This document shows, piece after piece, positions 38,341 through 48,097 of a stretch of 64,000 nt of DNA (within the stretch, counting starts at the first letter, position 1; every line of letters starts with the position of its first letter). The stretch covers positions 32,001 to 96,000 of the IMG/VR virus record IMGVR_UViG_3300028581_002181; one strand, written 5' to 3'. Position numbers and translations under genes: made by a program. Under the pieces are notes generated by a model. The model was not told where the DNA came from and made no database searches. It saw only the letters and a program-made list of their open reading frames with translations. The DNA comes from a virus.

Positions 38341-39338
38341 GCTGTGACCTCCTCTTTAATTTTATATTTGGCATTCAATGGTTCAGCATAACTCTGTGCT
38401 TGGTCCACAATTCTTTGCATGTCCCATTTGGCACAAAATTTGATCAATTTGATTCCCACTTGTTCCACTGCTTTGGGTTGGGCTGCTTGTGCCACAGTTT
38501 CAGCCATAATTTGTTTGATTTCATCTGGTTGTGCTCGTAAATCACACAGTATCACGTTCCTATTGTAATCATCCAATACTCTGTGTTCCACACCTTCGTG
38601 ATCCATCCATCTCTGCAACATCATGTTGTTCCAATTGAATCCTTTGTTCTTTCTGTCTTCATATGCTTCTCTCAATCCCACTTTGGTCTTGGTACCTTTG
38701 GTTCTCACTCCTGGAAACGCAGAAAATATATTGTCAGTGCTGTCTCCACGCACACATTTTTCAAACAATTGCCATTCTGGCTCAGGCGCTGTTTTGTTTT
38801 CACCTGTTTTGTTGTCTTTGACCGGATTGCCTTTTTGGTCAAAATAACCTTTGTCAGTGATGGTCACTTCTGAAACGCCATTGTATTGCTTCACATTGGC
38901 AGCAATCAGTTGAGCAAAATCACTGTCTGTGCTGATGATTACATGCTGATCTCTAGGATGTGCTTGTATCCAAGCAGATATCAAATCATCTGCTTCCAAT
39001 CTTGGATTTTGCAACACTGTGCAATTGGTTTTGTTCTGTATGAATTCTTTAAAATTATCGAAAGTTTCCCAAAATACTGTCTCTTCTTCTTTTTCTTTGT
39101 CAGTGAGTGCTGCACGTGCATCCGATCTGTTGCGTTTGTAGGGTGCGTAAAAATCTTTGCGCCAACTGCGTCCTTCCAAACAAAATACCACATGATCTCC
39201 TTTGAAATCTTTCCATACTTTTCTTACACCGTTCAAAGTGATGTGCAAAGCCATGCCTATTTTTTCCGCCACATCTCCATTGGTCACATGGCGTGATCTA
39301 AAAAACACATTGGCTAAATCCACAAGCAAGTAAGTCAT
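38337..39338 (-). CDS. rnh: T4 RNase H-like 5'-3' exonuclease (FEN family)
   Basis: LLVDLAN, EGRSWRK, YKRNR, EADD, ISTDSDF.QL, GDSTDNI. Confidence 0.9.
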   Translation of the reverse strand: MTYLLVDLANVFFRSRHVTNGDVAEKIGMALHITLNGVRKVWKDFKGDHVVFCLEGRSWRKDFYAPYKRNRSDARAALTDKEKEEETVFWETFDNFKEFIQNKTNCTVLQNPRLEADDLISAWIQAHPRDQHVIISTDSDFAQLIAANVKQYNGVSEVTITDKGYFDQKGNPVKDNKTGENKTAPEPEWQLFEKCVRGDSTDNIFSAFPGVRTKGTKTKVGLREAYEDRKNKGFNWNNMMLQRWMDHEGVEHRVLDDYNRNVILCDLRAQPDEIKQIMAETVAQAAQPKAVEQVGIKLIKFCAKWDMQRIVDQAQSYAEPLNAKYKIKEEVTA

Positions 39339-39739
39339 TAACTGATTTCGGATCTATCCTTTCCTAATTTGTTCACATTGATGTATCCAGCACCACGTGT
39401 GGCATCTTGTCCTTGCTCCTGCAGCACATTTCTAGTGACTTCTCTAAACCAACCTTCCACTATTTCTTCATTGGTTTCACCTTTGTATCCTGCTGTGATC
39501 AGTTCTTCTATGAAAGCATTGTTCCAATCCAATTCAAAGAATCCATTTCTAATGTTTTCTTTGTTGATGTGAGTTTCCAGCACTGCCACCCAAGGTTTGC
39601 CTGCTTTGGTTGCTGCTTCTTTTTCACGCAACATTGCTTTGTGTGATTCGCTTTTGTTTTCAGTTGTGTCTTCTTTTTTAAATATTTTTTTAACTTTATC
39701 AAATATTCCCATATCTTTTTCCTCCATTATGTACCCCAT
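39338..39739 (-). CDS. Hypothetical protein
   Basis: ORF coupled between queE and rnh. Confidence 0.65.
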   Translation of the reverse strand: MGYIMEEKDMGIFDKVKKIFKKEDTTENKSESHKAMLREKEAATKAGKPWVAVLETHINKENIRNGFFELDWNNAFIEELITAGYKGETNEEIVEGWFREVTRNVLQEQGQDATRGAGYINVNKLGKDRSEIS

Positions 39740-40587
39740 GCATTTTTAAACAGAGGCACCTGTAATCTATCACTGTATCTATATCCCATCTTCATTGCCA
39801 GTTCCGCCACTGTTTTGTTGTTCATATGATAGACACTTTCCACTCCACCCACAGGCATCAGATACACTGATCCTGAGAATCCTGCTTTACGATAATCCTT
39901 CACTGCTTCTATGGCTTCCAGCACATCTGCTTGATTTGCCACCACAAATTTCAAATACACATGACCCACTTCACCATATTCTGCCACCACTTCAGGCAGT
40001 ATGGCTTCTTCACGTTTTTCTCCGCTCACACTCAATTTTGCACTCACAGAGAATGTCACACTGTCTTTGTTTCTGTTGTTGCGTTGCGTCCATTCTTTCA
40101 AATATTTTTTAAAATCCACATGCAACTTTTGAGTGCCATTGGTTTCAAAAGTGATTTCTTTTAGATCCTGCATCTTCACATGTTCCAACACATCTGGATA
40201 TGATCTCTGCCAACCCAGCAATGGTTCTCCGCCTGTGAATATAAAATGTTCATCCACCCATCGTTTATGAGGTAATATCTCCATGGTTCTTTCCACAATG
40301 GCATCTGATGTCAGCATGGGAGATAAATCTTTGAATCGCGGATCCCAAGATGCATATGAATCGCAACCTGTGTTCACCAATGGCAGCTCTTTGTAATCTT
40401 TGAATGGATGCAGTTTGTGCTGTTCAAACACTCGGTCATTCTCATCACTGCGCATGCCTCTGGGCAATCCAAAGCCAGCACAAGTGAAGTTGCAGCCAAA
40501 TGTTCTCAAGAACACCGAAGGCACACCCATGTATCTGCCTTCTCCTTGTATGCTGTAGAATAATTCTGCTATCTTAATCTTGCTCAT
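39727..40587 (-). CDS. queE: 7-carboxy-7-deazaguanine synthase QueE (radical SAM)
   Basis: ELFYSIQGEG...G.PSVFLRTFGCNFTC...CDS (extended Cys spacing), FTGGEP, ETNGT, SAKL, LMPVG, RYSDRLQ. Confidence 0.9.
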   Translation of the reverse strand: MSKIKIAELFYSIQGEGRYMGVPSVFLRTFGCNFTCAGFGLPRGMRSDENDRVFEQHKLHPFKDYKELPLVNTGCDSYASWDPRFKDLSPMLTSDAIVERTMEILPHKRWVDEHFIFTGGEPLLGWQRSYPDVLEHVKMQDLKEITFETNGTQKLHVDFKKYLKEWTQRNNRNKDSVTFSVSAKLSVSGEKREEAILPEVVAEYGEVGHVYLKFVVANQADVLEAIEAVKDYRKAGFSGSVYLMPVGGVESVYHMNNKTVAELAMKMGYRYSDRLQVPLFKNAWGT

Positions 40588-40751
40588 ACTAATTCTTCTG
40601 CAACTCCCAATAGTTCAGCTATTATCAATAATGATCCTGCTGTGATAAAATGTCCGTATATCAATGCCACTCCTGCAATGATTCTAAATCCACTTTTGAT
40701 CAGTGATATGTAAAAATGTCCTCGGCTGGTGTCTTTAGGCTGTATGTTCAT
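40584..40751 (-). CDS. Small membrane protein (55 aa), not in the ORF track
   Basis: Translated by hand: MNIQPKDTSRGHFYISLIKSGFRIIAGVALIYGHFITAGSLLIIAELLGVAEELV; its stop overlaps the queE ATG; GGGAG RBS. Confidence 0.6.
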   Translation of the reverse strand: MNIQPKDTSRGHFYISLIKSGFRIIAGVALIYGHFITAGSLLIIAELLGVAEELV

Positions 40752-40941
40752 GTTTAATTTCTCCCAATGGCGTTGCTGTGGATGAATCAGTGTAATCTAA
40801 ACCTGATTTGTTGTATTCTCTCTGCACAGTTTCTTTAATCATAATGCCATCTCTAATTTTGTATGTGATCAACTCTTGTCTAATCACGTTTGCAGTATCT
40901 CCTTGAAATGCTGCGTAGAATGGTCCATCTTTAGTTTTCAT
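40735..40941 (-). CDS. Hypothetical protein
   Basis: AGGAGA RBS, 68 aa, between folE and queE. Confidence 0.6.
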   Translation of the reverse strand: MKTKDGPFYAAFQGDTANVIRQELITYKIRDGIMIKETVQREYNKSGLDYTDSSTATPLGEIKHEHTA

Positions 40942-40949
40942 TTGTTCTC

Positions 40950-41636
40950 CTATCTTGGTGCAAATTGTTGTTGCAAGTTAATATTATCCATAAATTCTTT
41001 TTTAGTGCCAGCATCATCTTTGAAAGCACCTTTCAGCACAGTAGTCTGTGTGAGTGAACTGTGAGCCATTATGCCTCGGTTTTCACAACAACCATGTATG
41101 GCTTGTATGTAAACTCCAAGATCTCTGGCTCCTGTGGCTTTTTGAATTTCATTGGCAATATCATTACACAATGCCTCTTGCAGAGTGCCTCTTCTAGCAC
41201 ACCATTGTGCTATTCTTGTGTATTTGCTCAAACCTATCACTTTGCCATTGGGAATGATTCCAATGTATGCCACGCCGCTCACTGGTTGATGATGATGACT
41301 GCACACTGATTTTAATTCAGAACGCACCACCAACATGCCTGTGTAAGCATTTTCTCCCACATTGGGAAATGCTGTGGCATCGGGTCTAGATTCATATCTT
41401 CCACTCATTAATTCTTTCAAATACATCTTGGCCAATCTATGTGCTGTATTTTTGCTATTAGGATCGTTGTTGGTATCAATCACTAGACTGTTCAGCACAG
41501 ATGAAAACGATTCAGATAGTTCCTGTTCCAACAGTTCTAATTCACCTGGTTGAATGTGATCTGAAATGTTGTCATCAGCATGATAATTCACGCCAGCCGC
41601 AATCAGTCTTTGTTTAATCTTTTCTGATACTTTCAT
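40950..41636 (-). CDS. folE: GTP cyclohydrolase I FolE
   Basis: TAHRLAKMY, SVCSHHHQP, IGLSKYTRI, RGTLQE, HGCCENRG. Confidence 0.93.
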   Translation of the reverse strand: MKVSEKIKQRLIAAGVNYHADDNISDHIQPGELELLEQELSESFSSVLNSLVIDTNNDPNSKNTAHRLAKMYLKELMSGRYESRPDATAFPNVGENAYTGMLVVRSELKSVCSHHHQPVSGVAYIGIIPNGKVIGLSKYTRIAQWCARRGTLQEALCNDIANEIQKATGARDLGVYIQAIHGCCENRGIMAHSSLTQTTVLKGAFKDDAGTKKEFMDNINLQQQFAPR

Positions 41637-41656
41637 TATACTCCTTATATTGTATT

Positions 41657-41685
41657 ATTTTAACAGATTTGTTCCAGTTTGTCAA
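41657..41685 (-). promoter_or_regulatory. Sigma70-type promoter of folE
   Basis: TTGACA (41685-41680), 17 nt, TGt-TAAAAT (41662-41657), embedded in the 3' end of the upstream gene. Confidence 0.75.
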
Positions 41686-42277
41686 TGATTTGTGCCAAAA
41701 CAATTTGATTACCTTCATCATTGTAATGATTGATCTCCCCTCTGTAGTTAGGCCAGATCATGCTGAAGTCCAACAGATTCCGTTCCTCCACAAAATGATT
41801 ACTGATACCAAAATTGTCTATGTGCAGACTGGTGATTTGCTCCAATCTTCTGTGTATGTCTCTGCGTATCAATCTGTAGATATCTTTTTGGTATTGATCA
41901 TCATAGTGATATCTAAACCAATTTTTAGCAGTATCTAAACTTTTATTAAACCAACTGTTGCGAGATTCAATGTCATTTAGAATGAGATCACAATCTTTGT
42001 GCAATCCTTCTTTGTGTATGGGATGGTTTGGTGTGTGTACTCTACTGGGACTGGTATGACTCACAATCACACAGTTATAATCATGCTGCCACCAAGGATT
42101 GACCATACTGAAATCCATCAGCTGTCGTAGTATTTTGTATTCACTCACCCCTGCCTGTGCAAGATTAGTCACTTGATATTTTGTGGCCAATTGACTGGGC
42201 CATCCTGTGACACCATTGGGCCATTCACAGGCAAAGCTGTCACCAATAATTAAGATTTTTTTTGATTTTTCATCCAT
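41660..42277 (-). CDS. SGNH/GDSL-like protein
   Basis: ILIIGDSF, NLAQAG.S, C-terminal NHYNDEGN. Confidence 0.55.
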   Translation of the reverse strand: MDEKSKKILIIGDSFACEWPNGVTGWPSQLATKYQVTNLAQAGVSEYKILRQLMDFSMVNPWWQHDYNCVIVSHTSPSRVHTPNHPIHKEGLHKDCDLILNDIESRNSWFNKSLDTAKNWFRYHYDDQYQKDIYRLIRRDIHRRLEQITSLHIDNFGISNHFVEERNLLDFSMIWPNYRGEINHYNDEGNQIVLAQIIDKLEQIC

Positions 42278-43077
42278 GGTATATATTTCTCCACAATCAA
42301 TTTGTGATAATCAAAATTGTAATGTTCTTTGTCATGCAATAGATAATCAGTGGGATTCACATTTATATCCAACATGTATTGTTCAATGGTTTTTTCTGCC
42401 ACAGTGGTATTTTGCAATGCACCATAGTATTCCAAACTCTTGGGCCATTTCAATCTATTCATGAAGTTAAACACATAAAGTTTGGCGTTGTGATCTCCAC
42501 ATATCCTATCCCATGCAAACACGTTCAATAGAAAATCACGACGTTCCAAATGTGTGTTCAATTCAAAAAACAATTTGATCTCCATAAAAGTGTTTTTTCT
42601 AATATCTGGCTTCTGTAGTCCTTCTGTTTCACTGATCTGCAAGCCTGGAAATCGATTGTAGTCTTCTGCTGTGGGTTTATTGTATAATTGAACTCTGCCC
42701 TCTTTTACTAATAAATCTAAATATTTTTTCACTGCATCTGTGCTCTGTTCACATTCATGCACAAAATAATCCAATGGCAATGCTTCATCTGTGAGTTTCT
42801 CATCAAAAGCCAACACAAATCTATTCAATGGCGCTAAACAAAGAAACACTTCATCTGTGTCTGGAAATTTATTAAACATGTGTTTCATCCAATCAGTGTA
42901 CATTCTGTTGGTTGTGCCTGCATGTGCATAGATGCACACAGGTTTATTGTTCACTGTGTTGTAAATTTCAGCATAGTTGTTATCATTCCAATAGGTATAA
43001 CTGCCTGGCCCTGTTTTGTCAGGCACAGTGACATATCCACAAGTGTGACTGTCTCCTATGAAAAGTGCTCTGTTCAT
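42250..43077 (-). CDS. SGNH/GDSL-like protein (paralog)
   Basis: LFIGDSHT, YAHAGTTN, C-terminal DKEHYN (DxxH). Confidence 0.55.
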   Translation of the reverse strand: MNRALFIGDSHTCGYVTVPDKTGPGSYTYWNDNNYAEIYNTVNNKPVCIYAHAGTTNRMYTDWMKHMFNKFPDTDEVFLCLAPLNRFVLAFDEKLTDEALPLDYFVHECEQSTDAVKKYLDLLVKEGRVQLYNKPTAEDYNRFPGLQISETEGLQKPDIRKNTFMEIKLFFELNTHLERRDFLLNVFAWDRICGDHNAKLYVFNFMNRLKWPKSLEYYGALQNTTVAEKTIEQYMLDINVNPTDYLLHDKEHYNFDYHKLIVEKYIPWMKNQKKS

Positions 43078-43451
43078 TTTTTATAATTTCCTTTGTGAGG
43101 TATCACATGACGCACACCACCTGTGGGATCCATCATATCTCCTTTGCGTCTTGGAATCAGATGCACGTGTGGATACATGCAAGTCTGCCCTGCTGCTGCT
43201 CCCATGTTGATGCCAATGTTGTAACCATCTATCAATCCTTTTTGAATGTTTTCGTTGCCAATCTTCAGTGCCAATTCAAAACACTTGGTGATATTCTGTT
43301 GACTGGCTTCTCGAGGCACTATGAGTGCGTGTCCTTCTGTGACAGGATATGCATCTTCATACCACACACAATCTTTCAAATCATACACTATTTTTGACCA
43401 AGGAGCTCGGCCTTCTTTTTGTGCTTGTTCCAGAGTGTCTGTGGTGTGCAT
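43074..43451 (-). CDS. HIT (histidine triad) family nucleotide hydrolase
   Basis: DAYPVTEGHALIVPR, NIGIN.GAAAGQT.MYPHVHLIPRR. Confidence 0.9.
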   Translation of the reverse strand: MHTTDTLEQAQKEGRAPWSKIVYDLKDCVWYEDAYPVTEGHALIVPREASQQNITKCFELALKIGNENIQKGLIDGYNIGINMGAAAGQTCMYPHVHLIPRRKGDMMDPTGGVRHVIPHKGNYKK

Positions 43452-43452
43452 G

Positions 43453-43908
43453 TTACCATTGCTCCCAAGGAAACACAATCCATCTAGGATCTTCCAGTTT
43501 GTTGATCACATAACCTTTGTAATCTATTTCTTGATAGGTGCTGGCAGTGTTGTGCAGTATGGCAGCAAACTTCAGTCTTTCAGGCTTGCCAAAATTGTTC
43601 ATAATGTAATTCCAAGTGGCTCCTGTGTCATTGATATCATCCAAGATCAACACCCGTTTCTGCCAAGCATACACCTTTTCCAGTGTGCGGAGATCTGGAA
43701 TATCTGCGTGATCTCGCAAGCTCACATTCAATGTTTGATGCGGTATATCCAATTTGTGCGACAGATATATGGCTGGTATGCAGCCTCCTCTGTTCACACC
43801 CAATATCACTTCAGGCAACCATTGCTGATCCGTCAGTTGTTGATGTATGTTCAACAGTGCTGCACGCATCTGGATCATGGTAAAGTAATTTTTATTGACA
43901 GTTTCCAT
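43453..43908 (-). CDS. Type I phosphoribosyltransferase (purine/xanthine PRT-like)
   Basis: GVNRGGCIPA, PRPP-binding VLILDDINDTGAT, WIVFPWE. Confidence 0.88.
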   Translation of the reverse strand: METVNKNYFTMIQMRAALLNIHQQLTDQQWLPEVILGVNRGGCIPAIYLSHKLDIPHQTLNVSLRDHADIPDLRTLEKVYAWQKRVLILDDINDTGATWNYIMNNFGKPERLKFAAILHNTASTYQEIDYKGYVINKLEDPRWIVFPWEQW

Positions 43909-44259
43909 TTAAAAAGGCATTCTCAGTTGCATCTTGTTGTCATAATCATCCACCACAATGTTGTAGATGTTCTTAAATTTTTGAAACGCAATGTCCAATG
44001 TGGGATATTGTTCGCACATCTCTTTCACTCTGTGCATTTCAGGCATGATGTCTTCCCATAAGATAGGCAGTTTGTAATCTTCAAAATTAACACCTTTCAT
44101 AGCATCTGCTTCAAAATCAATACCTGTGGTAGTGACCGATGCGGCTCCAAATCCATAGGGCACTGATATGGTGGTGGCTGATACTGTGTTGGTGCCTGTG
44201 TTGGCAGTGTAATTGAAATCTGTTTGATAGACATTTTGTTTGATATTTTTATCTTCCAT
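43909..44259 (-). CDS. Hypothetical protein
   Basis: AAAGGA RBS before MEDKNIK (44259). Confidence 0.55.
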   Translation of the reverse strand: MEDKNIKQNVYQTDFNYTANTGTNTVSATTISVPYGFGAASVTTTGIDFEADAMKGVNFEDYKLPILWEDIMPEMHRVKEMCEQYPTLDIAFQKFKNIYNIVVDDYDNKMQLRMPF

Positions 44260-45340
44260 TTGCGATCCTTTGGTAAAGTTGTTTGCCACTAAAAAAGTTT
44301 TCTGCCAATGATATTTTTTGTTTGTGTACCAATGGAGCATATTTCTTGTAGTTGGTCATATAATCTTCTATTTTTCCTTTCAGCAGATGTTTGTGTTTTT
44401 GATAGTGCTCCAAAGATTCTGTCCACGCACTGGGATATTTGAACTCTTCATGAGCCATTTCTTTATAACTTAAACGATCAGGAATCATAGGAATCACTCC
44501 CAATACTGCACCTTCATACCAACTGATGCCCAATGTTTCTTGTAAATTAGCACTGAAAATCAGTTTGGCTTCTGCTAAAAGATTGTGATAGTCATTTTTA
44601 TTTTTGCACACTTCCAAACAAGTCACAAATTCATACTGTGGCATTTCTTTGGCCAAGTCTTGAAATATGTTGTGTTGTTTTTCTGGAGCTAATCTGTGTG
44701 GAAAAAGAATAATGTTCTTTTTTGTGATATTTTTATAACCTGTGAGATCAGCATCCAAATATTCCATGGGCCATCCACATCTCACAATCTTGCCTGTGTG
44801 AAACATATGGTCCACTGTTTCTTTGTCTGCCATTCTACCCAGATCCATCAAATTGTGTAAAAACATATCGATATGAAAATCTGTGGCAAAGTAATTGTGA
44901 TCAAATGATTCAAACAAGCTCTTCTCTGCCCAACGCACCCAAGGTTTATCACCTATCAGTCTGCCCAAAAAGTCTTGTGGATCATAGGATCCTGCGTGCC
45001 ACATGCCACCTATTTTAATTTTTACATTCAATAGTTCTGCCATGTACTTGAGTTGCAACACAGTGGGATTCCAAGCATCTGTGTACAGGAAATAATCACC
45101 ATCTTTGATGTCTCCTGCACTGAACATTTTAGCAATCTGTTCCAATTGTCTACTTTTGTATATGTTGGTGAATGCAAAATTTAAAAAAGCACCCGGAGTG
45201 GTATTTTTCACAGCATCTCCGCCGCTGATCACTTGAACTTCAGTGTTGGTGTGTCTTTTTAATTGAATGGGTAGATATTTTTTCCATTGCTTGGTGTATC
45301 TAGTTTCTACTTCTTCTAGATCCACAATATAAATCTTCAT
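44249..45340 (-). CDS. GT-B (GT4-like) glycosyltransferase
   Basis: ILFPHRLAPEKQ and the E-x7-E signature QETLGISWYEG...P. Confidence 0.75.
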   Translation of the reverse strand: MKIYIVDLEEVETRYTKQWKKYLPIQLKRHTNTEVQVISGGDAVKNTTPGAFLNFAFTNIYKSRQLEQIAKMFSAGDIKDGDYFLYTDAWNPTVLQLKYMAELLNVKIKIGGMWHAGSYDPQDFLGRLIGDKPWVRWAEKSLFESFDHNYFATDFHIDMFLHNLMDLGRMADKETVDHMFHTGKIVRCGWPMEYLDADLTGYKNITKKNIILFPHRLAPEKQHNIFQDLAKEMPQYEFVTCLEVCKNKNDYHNLLAEAKLIFSANLQETLGISWYEGAVLGVIPMIPDRLSYKEMAHEEFKYPSAWTESLEHYQKHKHLLKGKIEDYMTNYKKYAPLVHKQKISLAENFFSGKQLYQRIANGR

Positions 45341-45348
45341 GCACTACC

Positions 45349-45750
45349 CTAATTAATTGTTACAGATTGATCAGCAGGCCAAGTTATCACTGCCCCGTTC
45401 TCACCATCTTCACTCACATCTATCGTGACTTCTCTTTTGGGATATTTTGCACTAATCTGTTGATACAGATCAGTGGCCATCATTTCACAACTTTTGTAAT
45501 CTAATTCTAATACACCTTTGCCATATAAGTTTTCCAGCCATCTTTTAAACTGTATAAATTCAATTTCTCTATCATCATGAAACACTTCTATGGCTATTTT
45601 GAAGTGAAACATGTGTCTGTGAGGATAACCCAAAAAACTCACATCATATTCATCACCTGTTTTGAATTTTGGATCTGTCAAAGCAGCAGGAAATTTGTGC
45701 GTGCCTTCTCTGCGAAATGTTACCCAAATTTTAGATTTCATATTGTTCAT
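45349..45750 (-). CDS. QueD-like T-fold protein with LxxxHRHxF motif (DpdL-like)
   Basis: H16-region HKF, LGYPHRHMF, SCE, VSEDGENGA; lacks the canonical QueD CxxxHGH. Confidence 0.7.
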   Translation of the reverse strand: MNNMKSKIWVTFRREGTHKFPAALTDPKFKTGDEYDVSFLGYPHRHMFHFKIAIEVFHDDREIEFIQFKRWLENLYGKGVLELDYKSCEMMATDLYQQISAKYPKREVTIDVSEDGENGAVITWPADQSVTIN

Positions 45751-45759
45751 GTGTTTCAG

Positions 45760-45801
45760 TATTTAGGTTTATAGTATAACAACCTTTTCAATGTTTGTCA
45801 A
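45760..45801 (-). promoter_or_regulatory. Dual promoter: sigma70 TTGACA-17-TATACT plus late core CTAAATA
   Basis: TTGACA 45801-45796, TGtTATACT ending at 45773, CTAAATA 45766-45760. Confidence 0.75.
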
Positions 45802-46309
45802 TGTCCACAGGATAGTCGCCTTTGTATTCACTCCAATCTGTGTAGGTTTTTTTGGTCATTAACTTGTCCAAATCATGTGTCCAAACTCCTGAATTGGTTG
45901 CTCCCCAAGTGACATCGTCCAGTTTGATCACTGTGTTGGCATTGAAGTTTTTAATATTAGGTATTTTTACTGATATCATGTTGATAAAATGATTGTTCTT
46001 ATGCCAATTCATTCTTGATACCATTTCTGCATACTGCACATCATAATCCAATGTGACCCAATGTCCCAAATCTAATAAATTTTTAATAATGTTATTCCAA
46101 TCTGTCCAATTTTCTTCTGTCACAGGAGTAAAACTTTGACTGGTGCCAAGATATACATGTCTTACATTAGTTTTTTGAGTGTGTCGCACAATGTCTGCCA
46201 GTGCTGGCGTGCCTACAACAAACAGAGTCTTTTCACCTTTCATAGCAGTGTTCTCCACTTCTTTGCCTATGAAAAATTTTACTTTTTTTCTTGATTGTGT
46301 GTTCAACAT
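45788..46309 (-). CDS. Hypothetical protein within the deazaguanine cluster
   Basis: GGAGA RBS, TAATG coupling; VRHVYLGTSQSF, WVTLDY, MISVKIP. Confidence 0.65.
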   Translation of the reverse strand: MLNTQSRKKVKFFIGKEVENTAMKGEKTLFVVGTPALADIVRHTQKTNVRHVYLGTSQSFTPVTEENWTDWNNIIKNLLDLGHWVTLDYDVQYAEMVSRMNWHKNNHFINMISVKIPNIKNFNANTVIKLDDVTWGATNSGVWTHDLDKLMTKKTYTDWSEYKGDYPVDIDKH

Positions 46310-47217
46310 TATTTTCTCCAATCTATATACCCTCTTGCATAGCCATTGGTTCTATTTGTAGCATCTGCAAAAGCATCACGCCATTCAGTGCTTCTGCTGT
46401 AACCTTTGGTCCAAAAGTTAGAAACATCCAGTTTGCCTGTGCTAATAAAATCCACTGCTTCACGCATGCATTCTATAAATTTTTTATTTCTAGGACTGGG
46501 AAATCCCACAGTCACAGCATTCCATAACAGATGAGCAAAATTAGTGCGAACTGAATCTGTTTTTTCAGCAGCCAGTATTAATAATGCTTCAGCATTGAAC
46601 ATATTTCTATCAAACACTTCTGATTTAGTATTCAAATCTATTATAACATCAAACAGTCCTTCAGCATTGTGGGTAAGTTTTTCACCCCAAAATGCTTTGT
46701 TGTGATGGCCCAACACAGTGACATCAAACTGATAATTTTTTATTTGCAAATAGGTATACACCACATAAGACAGAAATCCACTGCCTATGATCAATAATCT
46801 ATTATTATTGCCTGCTTTGTTTTTGATTGCTGTTTCAAACTGTTTGATCACATTGATGCCACAAGCCACAGGCTCCACAATGTATTTGGGATCTGCTGTG
46901 GGCACTTTAACATAGGTTTCTGCATCACAATTGTACTGATCAGCATAAGCAGGTTCTCCTCTGGTGGCCACAAAATCTCCCACTTGAACATCATTTACTT
47001 CACTGCCCACATGAGTCACTTGACCCAATCCTTCATGTCCTTGCATACTCAATGGCAATGTTTTGAATTTACCCAGCATCATGTCCACATCACTGCGACA
47101 CACTCCAGTCATAATATTTTTTACTCTAATTTGTTCAGGATTTAATTCAGGAATATCTATACTGCCTTCATGGAACATGCCATCTCCTTTGGTATATAAC
47201 AGTTTAGTTTCAGTCAT
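46309..47217 (-). CDS. Zn-dependent medium-chain dehydrogenase/reductase
   Basis: GVCRSD, GHEGLG, VGDFV, EPVACG, IIGSGFL; lacks the structural-Zn loop. Confidence 0.8.
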   Translation of the reverse strand: MTETKLLYTKGDGMFHEGSIDIPELNPEQIRVKNIMTGVCRSDVDMMLGKFKTLPLSMQGHEGLGQVTHVGSEVNDVQVGDFVATRGEPAYADQYNCDAETYVKVPTADPKYIVEPVACGINVIKQFETAIKNKAGNNNRLLIIGSGFLSYVVYTYLQIKNYQFDVTVLGHHNKAFWGEKLTHNAEGLFDVIIDLNTKSEVFDRNMFNAEALLILAAEKTDSVRTNFAHLLWNAVTVGFPSPRNKKFIECMREAVDFISTGKLDVSNFWTKGYSRSTEWRDAFADATNRTNGYARGYIDWRK

Positions 47218-48097
47218 TGATTGTATTATGAATCCAAACATCATGTTCTTTGTGTTGGTTCCAAAACTCCTCATTGTTAATATTATTGAAAACATCTTGA
47301 ATCATAGTGGCATAAACTGGTTCAGGACACAGTCCCAGTTCAAAACTTTTAACTAATTTTTCTCTCTGATAGCAATGGATTGCTCTGTCATCTTTGTCCA
47401 TGCTGCGCCAATCAGCAGTTAGAATATATTTTTTCTTACCATCATTCAGTATGATTTCATTCCAATCATCCACATTATATGTGCCATCCAAATTGATCGA
47501 ACCATATTCTGTGCTAATGAGTTGATCCAGTTTCCAATTTTGTTTAACAATATTGCTCTCTATTTGAAATTCTTTGTAGTGGTTAGGATTCATATAAATG
47601 AATATGCTCAATAGATGTGGCATAAGATCTCTGCTGACTCCACCAAATGATAATTTTTTAGTGGTAAACCAGCTGCCTGGTGCTGGCACTCTATCACGAT
47701 TGATCCAATTGATATGAATCACTTCTGCTGCTGCTGTTCTGATATTGAATTCTTCTTCCCATGTTCTCCACATGTTGTTTTTGATCATTATGAATCTAGT
47801 TTGAGGATATGTGAGTTGTAGTGTCTGCCATCTTTTGGCATTGAGTACTCCTGGTTTTTCCACAAACACTATTCGACAATGTTTGGCAATCTTTTGAGCA
47901 ATTGTATCATGTGTATAGTTGGGAGTGCAGATGAACGCAGCATCCAACAGAGGATGTGCATACAAGGCTGTGTCAAGATTGGCAAATGTGGCCTGCTTGC
48001 TTTGATCTGTGTCCATGGTGATCACTTCATGCCCCAACTGTGTCAAAATTTTTGCATACAGTTGCCCCATGCCTAAACCTATCACCAATGTTTTCAT
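47210..48097 (-). CDS. Gfo/Idh/MocA family oxidoreductase
   Basis: VIGLGMG, ICTPNYTH, VFVEKP, GGVSRDLMPH. Confidence 0.85.
   Translation of the reverse strand: MKTLVIGLGMGQLYAKILTQLGHEVITMDTDQSKQATFANLDTALYAHPLLDAAFICTPNYTHDTIAQKIAKHCRIVFVEKPGVLNAKRWQTLQLTYPQTRFIMIKNNMWRTWEEEFNIRTAAAEVIHINWINRDRVPAPGSWFTTKKLSFGGVSRDLMPHLLSIFIYMNPNHYKEFQIESNIVKQNWKLDQLISTEYGSINLDGTYNVDDWNEIILNDGKKKYILTADWRSMDKDDRAIHCYQREKLVKSFELGLCPEPVYATMIQDVFNNINNEEFWNQHKEHDVWIHNTIND

Noticed and set aside
43321-44061. 246-aa + strand ORF
   Set aside because: Lies antisense to three motif-bearing genes (HIT, PRTase, hypothetical) and has no recognisable features
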